NCBI GenBank assembly: GCA_963715655.1
Contig: OY970262.1
Location: 2,565,236 to 2,629,235, forward strand
Direction: 5' to 3'
DNA length: 64,000 bases
DNA from: Schleiferiaceae bacterium
GTDB taxonomy: Bacteria; Bacteroidota; Bacteroidia; Flavobacteriales; Schleiferiaceae
Part shown: positions 11,139-19,188 of the stretch, piece by piece
Layout: every line of letters begins with the position of its first letter
Position numbering within the stretch: the stretch's first letter is position 1
Position numbers and translations under genes: made by a program
The notes under the pieces: model-generated
Seen by the model: the letters and a program-made list of their open reading frames with translations, nothing else
Told to the model about the DNA's origin: nothing
Databases searched by the model: none

Positions 11139-12584
11139 TTGAATCGGGGCGAAATCGAATTTAGATTAGACCCACTCTATTTTAGAGCACTAAAGCAAAT
11201 TGAAACTGATATTGTTGAAAAGGCAAAATATCCAGTTCACCCCGTAAGACAAGTTTGTGCTATAAAACGCGGAAAGTTTACGCATAGACCGAGAAATGAT
11301 CCAAAATTGTATGATGGCGAATATCCATTTATTCAGACAGGAGACATTGTTCGTTCAGCGACAACAGGAAATGAAATAACCTACAAGCAAACTCTTAATG
11401 AGTTGGGTAGAATGACCAGTAGATTGGCCTATCCTCCTCAGTTATTAATGACCATTGCTGCCAATATTGGGGTTACAGCCATTCTTGATTACGCATGTTG
11501 CTATCCTGATAGTATTGTCGCTATTGACCCAAAGAATCAGGGATTAAACACTTCAATAGAATACTTAGATGTTTATTTTACTTTGATTCAACCTTATGTT
11601 GAACAGCTTGCCCCTTTTGCAGCACAACGAAATTTAAACAATCAGCAACTCGGAGATATTCCTCTAATTCTGCCCGATAATACCATTCAGCAAAAAGCAA
11701 TTGATAGTTACAAAAAGGCCGTTGAAGACAAGAAAGCCAAAGAAAACCAAGCCCAAGAGCTACTCGCTTCTATTGATGACTACTTACTTACAGAGTTAAG
11801 TATCGTCCTTCCGCCTGAGCCAGAAAATGCAATTGAGAATAGGAAGTTTAGGACTAATTTTTCAAGTGTCACAGGTAACCGCTTCGACCCAAAAAGATAC
11901 AGCACAAGAACGGAGCAACTCTATGATTCAATTCACAATTCTATTTTTCCATTAAGAAGCTTAAAATCCCTTCTTATTCACACCGCATCAGGCCAATGGG
12001 GTGATGAGCCTCATGAGTCTTTTAATGAAAAGCTTTACAAGCAATGCCTTGTTATCAGATCTACAGAATTTGACAATCGATTCAATTTAAAACTTGATAA
12101 TAGCAGGGCAAAATATCGCCTTATAACTAAAACGAAACTTGATAAACTTGATCTGCAACCTTATGACATCCTAGTTGAAAAATCTGGTGGCAGTCCAGAT
12201 CAACCAGTTGGTAGAGCAGCAATTCTTCTACCTGAAATATTTGAAAACAATACGATTTGCTACAGCAACTTCATTCACAAATTCCGTGCTGATCAGTCTA
12301 TTATAGATCCTGAATACTTGTTCGCTTATCTAAAGGTGATTCATAATATCAAGTTGACAGATACTATGCAAAGTCAAACCAATGGAATTAGAAACTTGAT
12401 TATGAGAGAATATTGGAATCAAGAGATTCCTATTCCATCACCCGAAAAACAAAAAGAAATAGCTACTCAGTTTTTCAACCTTAAAAATGAAGCACAAGAA
12501 TTATTCAAAAATGCTGAGTTAGACTTTCAGCAAGCAAAAAAAGAAATTGAGCACTTAATCTTAAATCCTGCAAACAATGACTAA
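11139..12584 (+). CDS. hsdS: Restriction-modification specificity (S) subunit, HsdS-like with two target-recognition domains
   Basis: Two variable TRD-like halves are separated by conserved coiled-coil spacer repeats (LPDNTIQQKAIDSYKKAVEDKKAKENQAQELL and IPIPSPEKQKEIATQFFNLKNEAQELF). TTG start 33 nt after the upstream stop. Confidence 0.8.
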   Translation: MNRGEIEFRLDPLYFRALKQIETDIVEKAKYPVHPVRQVCAIKRGKFTHRPRNDPKLYDGEYPFIQTGDIVRSATTGNEITYKQTLNELGRMTSRLAYPPQLLMTIAANIGVTAILDYACCYPDSIVAIDPKNQGLNTSIEYLDVYFTLIQPYVEQLAPFAAQRNLNNQQLGDIPLILPDNTIQQKAIDSYKKAVEDKKAKENQAQELLASIDDYLLTELSIVLPPEPENAIENRKFRTNFSSVTGNRFDPKRYSTRTEQLYDSIHNSIFPLRSLKSLLIHTASGQWGDEPHESFNEKLYKQCLVIRSTEFDNRFNLKLDNSRAKYRLITKTKLDKLDLQPYDILVEKSGGSPDQPVGRAAILLPEIFENNTICYSNFIHKFRADQSIIDPEYLFAYLKVIHNIKLTDTMQSQTNGIRNLIMREYWNQEIPIPSPEKQKEIATQFFNLKNEAQELFKNAELDFQQAKKEIEHLILNPANND

Positions 12585-13011
12585 AACGATAATAGCCCTT
12601 TGGGGCACAGCCAATATCGGTAAATCTATGACACTAGCTCGCCTTGGCAGACAGTTACAAGCTAATGGTGCTACCACAAATGCTAACATTACAGGTGGAG
12701 ATTATCGAGCCATATTTCAGTATCAAAACAAAACTATTGGCCTTCAAACCTATGGTGATACAGAGCATTTGGTAAACCAAGGATTAACTGAGTTTCAAAA
12801 TCAGCAATGTGACATAATTGCCATTGCTTCTAAATCTTATGGAGCTACCGTTGATACTATTGGAGCATTTGCAGGTCAAAATGGCTATCGCATTATTTGG
12901 TCAAGTCCCTATGAAGTGAGAGATGGCTCCATCACTACTGATACAATTAAGAACTATGCTGCAAGCCACTTGCTTAGAATGGTTGATGATGTAATTGCAG
13001 GTATTCTATAG
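12577..13011 (+). CDS. Small P-loop NTPase/kinase-like protein (144 aa), uncharacterised
   Basis: Walker A-like motif WGTANIGKSMTL near the N-terminus and a hydrophobic-D stretch (CDIIAIAS) resembling Walker B. The ATG overlaps the hsdS stop by 8 nt (AATGACTAA), suggesting translational coupling. Confidence 0.55.
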   Translation: MTKTIIALWGTANIGKSMTLARLGRQLQANGATTNANITGGDYRAIFQYQNKTIGLQTYGDTEHLVNQGLTEFQNQQCDIIAIASKSYGATVDTIGAFAGQNGYRIIWSSPYEVRDGSITTDTIKNYAASHLLRMVDDVIAGIL

Positions 13012-13013
13012 AA

Positions 13014-13856
13014 TTGAATATAATGGGAGAGAAAACTATCACATACCAAAGGCAACTCATAGGCGTAGAAATAAAGCTTGGTTTCTTATACGTTCCGGCA
13101 CAAGCCAGAGACTTGTTGCCCAATGAAAACGGCAAAGTGCAAGTGCTACTCGAAGGAGAAAACAAACCCAAAGCAAAGAGCTACAATGCAGACTATAACC
13201 GCATTTTTGGCCTTACTCCTTTCTTCAAAAAGCACAAACTAGAAAAGGGCAATATTCTCACCGTACAGGTCAGCAATGATCTTATCAAGGTAGAGCTTGC
13301 CAAAACCACCATCATAGAAGATCAGGAAGAAAATGAGCAAGCAGATGTCATTGATATTTCAGGTTTATCATCCCAAGCCAAAGGAAACATTGCCGAAGAC
13401 CGAGTAAAAGAAATCATCTTACTCAATAGTCAAGGCTTGCTCAATGTCTATCGTCCCGTTATCGATACCAGGGGCATTGATATGATTGTATTGAAAGAAG
13501 GTTTGTTTCATTCCATTTACCTACAAGTAAAATCACGTTTTCAGGTAAAAAGCAATGGTCAATTAATACTCACCATCAGCAAGAATACTTTTAAACCACA
13601 TCACGCTCATTATTTAGTAGGCATTAGTTACGAACCTGATGTTGCAGAAATAGGTGAACATATACTCTTTATGCCTTCCAAAAAGGTAATAGAAATGGCC
13701 ACCATAGTAAAGAACAAAGGCAAAGAATATTACCGCATCAATGTTTCTTACAACAGCGCCAAAAGTGGTAAATACAAAAAGTACTTTATGAGCAAGCAAG
13801 ACTTTGTAGAAAGCCTACTCGAAAAATTTGAAGCCATGAGCGAAATGATAAAATAA
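13014..13856 (+). CDS. Putative restriction-type nuclease: N-terminal B3/EcoRII-N-like DNA-binding pseudobarrel plus C-terminal PD-(D/E)xK-like core
   Basis: The N-terminus (IGVEIKLGFLYVPAQARDLLPNENGKVQVLL ... YNRIFGLTPFFKKHKLEKGNILTVQV) has the typical B3/EcoRII-N pattern. The C-terminal half (VYRPVIDTRGIDMIVLKEG ... IYLQVKS) resembles D..(E/Q)xK nuclease strands. The start lies 3 nt after the previous stop. Confidence 0.45.
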   Translation: MNIMGEKTITYQRQLIGVEIKLGFLYVPAQARDLLPNENGKVQVLLEGENKPKAKSYNADYNRIFGLTPFFKKHKLEKGNILTVQVSNDLIKVELAKTTIIEDQEENEQADVIDISGLSSQAKGNIAEDRVKEIILLNSQGLLNVYRPVIDTRGIDMIVLKEGLFHSIYLQVKSRFQVKSNGQLILTISKNTFKPHHAHYLVGISYEPDVAEIGEHILFMPSKKVIEMATIVKNKGKEYYRINVSYNSAKSGKYKKYFMSKQDFVESLLEKFEAMSEMIK

Positions 13857-13867
13857 CCCACTTACCT

Positions 13868-15388
13868 ATGAGATTAGAAGGACTATTACAAGAATCATTA
13901 GGCGGCTTTGTCTGCATCCGTGGGTATGCCCCGCTTGGTGATTTAGCACGTATTTCAGAGTCAGACCCGGACTACCAAAGAAACCTGATTGAAGAACAAC
14001 GAGAAGAGATTGTTCACTTTTTAGAAAACAAAGAATACCTCTTCTTTCCAGAAGTAATTCTATCCTACACGCTCAAGTATGATTTTGCAACGGGTGTGTC
14101 AGGTATCAATCCATTAAGAGACATTCTTGACCGCAAGAAATTCGCTTCTAATGTTGATGGTATTCGCTTTAACTCTACAAAGTCAGGAGTTCATAAGGTA
14201 ATAGTTGACATCACAGAATCTTTCCTAAAATCAGATACACCCTTCTTTCGCATAGATGGCAACCACCGTTTGAGTGCTTCACAGGAGAAAACGGCCTTCA
14301 ACGAGTACGTTACTCCTTTTTGCTTGATTCTATTTCCTGAAGGAAATCAATCAGAAGAATACAAAAGGGTCATATTTCATAACATCAATTCAAAATCAGT
14401 TCCACTTACATCAGAAGAAAATCTAAGGCTCATTCTTGATGAAGAAAACATATTCTCTGATGAAAAGCTCAAAACCCAACCCAGTTTTGGTGTGGAGTTT
14501 TTCTTAGCACGTAAGTTGAAAGACAGCATCGATCTCCATGTTTTAAAACACATAGCTAATTCCTTTAAACAGGTAAAACACAATGGGGATGAAATAGAAA
14601 ACAAACGAACCGTTCTACTCAAACTCTTTAAGCTTCTTCTTGATAAAGAAGCTGTTGAAGGCAATGATGAAGCCATCAACATGGTGCATTCGGCTATAGT
14701 GGCAGTAAACGAACTGTATGGCAAGTATGCCAAGCTAGCCGCTTGTCATTCTCATGCCTTGTTCATTGCTTTTGTCTATTACGAGCTACACCTTGAAAAG
14801 GGGGATTATCGTGCATCATTCAAAAATTGGGTGCTGTACAACCACATGTACAATGTAGATGACATTTCACCATCCAATTTGGTTAGTGTTTACGATACCA
14901 TACTCGAATCTCGCAAGCGACACATCTTCGTTTCTATGCAATTCTCAGATGATACAAAGAATCATTACACAGCCATTAAGAATGCCATAGATCAAGTAAA
15001 CCAAAAGCATAAACTTGACCTAGAACTAAAGGAAATTAGAATAGATGAAATGAACAAAGGGTACTCCTACACCATTTCAGACGAAATACTACAGCTAATA
15101 AACAACACAGGCTTGCTTATTGCAGACCTCACGCATGGCAACAGAAATGTTTACCATGAGTTAGGCTTCCTTATGGGGCTTAATGTAGGGAGAGACTTAA
15201 AACACAACAACTTCATACTCTTAATGAAAAATGACCCCAACGGAAAAACAGATGCTGAAGTAGGGTTTAACATTAGAGACTTTCAGCAAATCAGATTCAA
15301 TGAAGCAATAGAAATAACCGCACGTTTAGTTGAGTCATTGGAGGTCTATTACAAATTAAAACCAGCAGGGAATGAAGTAGAAAACTAA
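13868..15388 (+). CDS. Two-domain protein: N-terminal ParB/Srx-fold DGQHR/DUF262-like domain and C-terminal NDT/SLOG/TIR-like Rossmannoid domain
   Basis: The N-terminus contains FFRIDGNHRLSAS (compare the DGQHR motif of DndB and DGQQR of DUF262/GmrSD). The C-terminus has HIFVSMQFSDD ... LLIADLTHGNRNVYHELGFLMG, which resembles the D-x-T...FE-x-GY signature of nucleoside 2-deoxyribosyltransferase-like/TIR-like domains. It is the last gene of the operon, 12 nt after the previous stop. Confidence 0.5.
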   Translation: MRLEGLLQESLGGFVCIRGYAPLGDLARISESDPDYQRNLIEEQREEIVHFLENKEYLFFPEVILSYTLKYDFATGVSGINPLRDILDRKKFASNVDGIRFNSTKSGVHKVIVDITESFLKSDTPFFRIDGNHRLSASQEKTAFNEYVTPFCLILFPEGNQSEEYKRVIFHNINSKSVPLTSEENLRLILDEENIFSDEKLKTQPSFGVEFFLARKLKDSIDLHVLKHIANSFKQVKHNGDEIENKRTVLLKLFKLLLDKEAVEGNDEAINMVHSAIVAVNELYGKYAKLAACHSHALFIAFVYYELHLEKGDYRASFKNWVLYNHMYNVDDISPSNLVSVYDTILESRKRHIFVSMQFSDDTKNHYTAIKNAIDQVNQKHKLDLELKEIRIDEMNKGYSYTISDEILQLINNTGLLIADLTHGNRNVYHELGFLMGLNVGRDLKHNNFILLMKNDPNGKTDAEVGFNIRDFQQIRFNEAIEITARLVESLEVYYKLKPAGNEVEN

Positions 15389-15451
15389 AAACAGCATACA
15401 ATAAAAGTAGCCCTTGCACAACCTTATAATTCTTGAGATCAGCGATTTGAA

Positions 15452-15477
15452 CGAAGCCCTTTACGGGCTTTTTTTGT
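15452..15477 (+). terminator. Rho-independent terminator closing the 8833-15388 operon
   Basis: Hairpin aagccc-tttac-gggctt followed by a run of T residues, 64 nt after the stop of 13868-15388. Confidence 0.6.
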
Positions 15478-15522
15478 TGTGTTGTAAGCTCCCCCTGTAA
15501 GCTCCCCTTTTTTAGTACGGTT

Positions 15523-16398
15523 CTAAAGTAGACTATTTTCTTTATTAGTTTCATTAATCAAAATATCCCTTGGTGCAGTGGAGCGTAGCGGAACGGAACC
15601 AAGGGATATTTTTCGGTTTTTGTTTCTATAGGCCACAGGGCTTATGCCACCCAGCGCATCGTGTGGTCGTTCATGGTTGTAATCTTCTACCCAAGATTCG
15701 GTCACTTCTCTTACTTGATCTATTGAACTAAAGAGATAAGCATCTAAAATATGCCTGCGATAGGTTTTATTAAAACGCTCTATTAGCGCATTTTGAGTAG
15801 GCTTACCGGGCTGTATATATTTAAACTCAATACCGTGCATCACGCTCCATTGAGTCGTTAATTTAGCTATAAATTCTGGACCATTATCCATACGTAGTTT
15901 TTGCGGCTTTCCGTGTTTGTTTATCAAGTGGTTTAATACCCAAATTACTCTGCTACTTTTTAAAGAATAATCTGTTTCTATAAACAGTACTTCTCGATTG
16001 TAGTCATCTATTACATTAAAGCTTCGGAACTTCCTTCCATGCTCTAAAGCATCGCTCATAAAATCAATACTCCACGTATGCGTAAAGCACTCGGGTATTA
16101 TTATGGGTTCTTTTACCCGCGCTGGTAAACGCTTTTTTACTTTCCTTCTTAATGGCAAGCCCATCTGCTTATATATCCTATGTAGCCGCTTGTGATTGAT
16201 TAATTCCTCCTTATTACGAAGACGGTAATAACTCTTCCAAAAGCCTTCGCGTGGATGTTTTATACTCAACTGCTTTAATAATAGCTCTACGCTGCTATCA
16301 TCCTTTATTGATTGATAAGCAATACTACTGCGACTAGTCTTTAATACGCGACACGCCTTGCTTATGCCGCGCGGATAAGTGCTTTTTATGCTTTCCAT
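15523..16398 (-). CDS. IS3-family transposase OrfB (DDE integrase core)
   Basis: 291 aa with an rve-like integrase core (WSIDFMSD ... DNGPEF ... [10 protein letters not shown]). Expressed by -1 frameshifting from orfA. Confidence 0.9.
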   Translation of the reverse strand: MESIKSTYPRGISKACRVLKTSRSSIAYQSIKDDSSVELLLKQLSIKHPREGFWKSYYRLRNKEELINHKRLHRIYKQMGLPLRRKVKKRLPARVKEPIIIPECFTHTWSIDFMSDALEHGRKFRSFNVIDDYNREVLFIETDYSLKSSRVIWVLNHLINKHGKPQKLRMDNGPEFIAKLTTQWSVMHGIEFKYIQPGKPTQNALIERFNKTYRRHILDAYLFSSIDQVREVTESWVEDYNHERPHDALGGISPVAYRNKNRKISLGSVPLRSTAPRDILINETNKENSLL

Positions 16399-16421
16399 TA
16401 TTTCTCTCTTTTGGCAAGGCT

Positions 16422-16688
16422 TTAAAGCTTTTTTTCAATAATGTGCTTGGCGATATCTAACTCTAAAGCTAAATCGGTGTACATGCGTTTTAGCTTCGCA
16501 TTTTCTTCTTCTAGCTTCTTTATGCGCTTTAGCTCACTAGCTTCCATGCCGCCATAGCGTTGTCGCCATTTATAAAATGTTGCTTTGCTTACGCCATGCT
16601 CTCGGCTAATCGTAGCTACATCTTTGCCTTGTTCAAACTCCTTGAGAATACTGGCAATCTGGTTTGGGGTGAATTTGCTCTTTTTCAT
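16422..16688 (-). CDS. IS3-family transposase OrfA (HTH plus leucine zipper)
   Basis: 88 aa, [47 protein letters not shown] with a coiled-coil tail. The slippery heptamer A_AAA_AAG sits just before its stop. Confidence 0.9.
   Translation of the reverse strand: MKKSKFTPNQIASILKEFEQGKDVATISREHGVSKATFYKWRQRYGGMEASELKRIKKLEEENAKLKRMYTDLALELDIAKHIIEKKL
16428..16434 (-). promoter_or_regulatory. Programmed -1 ribosomal frameshift heptamer A_AAA_AAG of the IS3 element
   Basis: The plus strand reads ctttttt, which is AAAAAAG on the coding (minus) strand, located at the codons ...GAA AAA AAG CTT TAA at the end of orfA. Confidence 0.6.
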
Positions 16689-16789
16689 ATTTACAGTTTA
16701 AAATTAAAAATTATATTTTTAAACCGTACTAGTTTTGGGGGAGCTTACACCCCGTTTTGTAGGAATCCAAAGTAGACTATTGTAAGTGA

Positions 16790-18900
16790 GTGTTGTTATT
16801 ATATTGCAAGGGTGTGGTCAAATAATGTGATTGGTGTGTTTGTCAAAGGTTGGGAGGTATGGTTTATATGGGTAGAAAGATATATTGATAATAAAAGGAA
16901 TGGTTTAAGGTGAATTTCAAACGCAATTCGTGTTTTTGATTGCTGAAAGTATCCATGTGTTAATTGTTAAAAGGTAATCACACTGAACCTAAAACTTACA
17001 AGTAATATTGTAAGTAGGTGTTATCATGGTATTGTAGGGGTGTGTTTCACGGGTTTGATAGGTGTGGTTTAGGTGTGGTAGAAGGGTGGTTAACTGGTTT
17101 TATAGGTGTGTTTAACAAGCGGCATAGGTGTGGTTTAGGTGTGGCAGGATGATGATTATCTGATTGTATAGGTGTGTTTAACCAATAGGGGTAGGGTCTT
17201 GACATGTCTAGTAGGGGTGCAACATGTGCTTTCCAATATTTGAATTTACTAGGTGCAAGGTTTGTCCTATGGTTAAAACCTGCTTTCATTAATGAAAAAT
17301 GATTTAGAGCCATTGTGCGGGTTTGTGGAATCTGCAATTACTATTTTTAGCTGTTACACTACGTTTTAATTGGTTTTTGTGAAACTAATATGAGATGCAG
17401 GAGTCTCATGGCCATGTGTTTGTCAATTGATGAGTTCATTCATCAAGTATCTCAGTTATGTTTAGGTACGGCAGGGGGGGGTGTTTCACGGGTTATATAG
17501 GTGTGTTTAGGTGTGGCAAAAAAGTGGTTAACTGGTTTCATAGGTGTGTTCCACGGGTTGTATAGGTGTGTTTTAGGTGCGGTAGAAGGGTGGTATAACT
17601 TGCCTTATAGGTGTGTTTTAAAGGCGGCATAGGTGTGGTTTAGGTGTGGCAGCATGATGGTTATCCGTTTGCATAGGTGTGTTTAACCAATAGCGGTAAG
17701 GTCTTGACATGTCCAGAAGGGGTGCAAAATGTGCTTTCCAATATCTGAATATACTAGGAGCAAAGTTTGTCCTATGGTTAACACCTAATTTCATTAATAG
17801 AAATGATTTAGAGCCATTGTGCGGGTTTTTAGAATCAGCAATTACGATATTTTAACTGTTACAATATGCTTTAATTGGTTTTTGTAAAACTAATATGAGA
17901 TGTAGGAGTATCATGGCCATGTCTTTGTCAATTGATGAGTTCATTCATCCAGAGTCTCGGGTATATTTAGGTACGGCAGGGGTGTATTTCACGAGTAGTA
18001 TAGGTGTGTTTTAGGTGTGGTTAAAAAGTGGTTGACCGGTTGCATTGGTGTGTTCCACGGGTTGTATAAGTATGTTTTAAGTGTGGTAGAAAGGTGGTTA
18101 ACTGGTTTTACAGGTGTGTTTCACGTGTTGTATAGGTGTGTTTTAGGTGTGGTAGAAAGGTGGTTAACTGGCCTTATAGGGGTGTTTCACAAGCGCATAG
18201 GTGTGGTTTAGGTGTGGCAGCATGATGGTTATCCGTTTGCCTAGGTGTGTTTAACCAATAGCGGTAAGGTCTTGACATGTCCAGGAGGGGTGCAACATAT
18301 GCTTTCCAATATTTGAATTTACTAGGTGCAAGGTTTGTCCTATGGTTAACACCTGATTTTATTAATGAAAAATGATTTAGAGCCATTGTGCGGGTTTATG
18401 GTATTGGCTATAAGGGTTTTAAATATGGTATCTCAGTTGGTTTCAGTGAGACTTATAGGAGTGAGATAGTGTATTATGACTGTTATCTCGATTGAAAAGT
18501 CTCTTAAAGTTTCGCAAGGTGTTTAGGTATGGCAGGGTGTGTTTCACGGGTCACATGGGTGTGTTTTAAGTGTGGCAGAAAGTTGGTTAACCAGTTTGAT
18601 AGGTGTGTCTATTTTATTGTGGTAGGATTTTGCGATGATTTCTAGGGTGCAAAGAGAGTGTTCCAATAAATATATCCAATCGTTAACCTCTGGTTTTATT
18701 AATTAAAGAAGATATAAAGCCATTGTACGGGTTTGTTGAGTCTTATTTTACGGATTGGAGTTGTTAAATGCGGAACTACATCTTACTTGGTCTTAGTGAG
18801 ACTTATAGGGGTCAGATAGTGTTTTAAGGTTTTTTATTTTATCGTCTGGAGGGTGTTTCTTGAATTGCCATTGGGTGTGTTTAGGTGTGGCTGGTATGAT
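16790..18900. repeat. Array of ~500-570-bp complex tandem repeats (3 full plus about 2 degenerate copies), each containing 11-13-bp GT-rich iterons
   Basis: The anchor motif cttgacatgtc recurs at ~17199, ~17704 and ~18272. Each unit contains multiple (a)taggtgtg(g/t)ttt iterons, some spaced by 11 bp (ataggtgtggtttaggtgtggcag), a ttgaca...tatttg promoter-like segment, and a palindrome ttgatgagttcattcatcaa. Degenerate copies extend to ~18900. Confidence 0.8.
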
Positions 18901-19106
18901 GGGTAATTAAGCGTTCTAGGGATTAAAAAGATGGTGGATTTGTAGGTAAAAGGTGCTGATTTATACAGAAAGAATTTTTCTTCGTGTGGAATAGGGGGGT
19001 GTTGTTATTCAGTTAACGGGGAGCAAAGGGATGGAAGAGAATTGAATTTATAATAAAAGCCAACGAGACATCTAAATGAAACATGCTAAGGAATAAAAAT
19101 ATTCGT

Positions 19107-19188
19107 GAGGAATTGAGGAAATGAGGATTCAATCGAGAATGTTGGGAATGTTCAAATAAGTGTGTCATTTCCTCAATTCCTCATTTCC
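19107..19188. other. Long inverted repeat (~21-bp arms, ~40-nt loop) abutting the 3' end of the DUF3987 gene; terminator-like or protein-binding site
   Basis: gaggaattgaggaaatgagga ... tcatttcctcaattcctcatttcc. On the minus strand it is followed by a T-rich tract (atatttttattcc). Confidence 0.5.

Larger units (their letters stand above)
15484..16756 (-). mobile_element. IS3-family insertion sequence, apparently intact (orfA + orfB, frameshift site, imperfect terminal inverted repeats)
   Basis: Terminal inverted repeats: tgtaagctcccc..tagtacggtt at the left, and aaccgtacta..ggggagcttaca as its reverse complement at the right. Two transposase ORFs lie on the minus strand. Element boundaries are approximate to about ±15 bp. 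Confidence 0.8.

Noticed and set aside
11104-11150. Inverted repeat agccccgatt...aatcggggc between the MTase and S genes as a possible terminator
   Set aside because: The stem encloses a ~25-nt loop, lacks a following T-tract, and overlaps the S-gene start region. It is more likely incidental or a translational-coupling structure than a terminator, so it is not listed as a feature.
8833-16000. Searched for an HsdR (SF2 helicase/translocase) partner for the MTase and S genes
   Set aside because: No DEAD/DEAH-box helicase motifs were found in any ORF in the window. The absence seems real within 64 kb, hence the type IIB-like interpretation.
17047-18386. Minus-strand ORFs 17047-17337 and 18174-18386 (TPKPHL-rich peptides)
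   Set aside because: They are translations of the iteron repeats (aggtgtgg gives PHL/TPK). They are low-complexity with no start context. Their similarity to each other is a by-product of DNA repetition.
16790-18900. Possible CRISPR array suggested by regular short GT-rich repeats
   Set aside because: The repeating unit is ~500-570 bp with internal 11-13-bp iterons of variable spacing. No 24-48-bp constant repeats alternate with unique spacers, and no cas genes are present.
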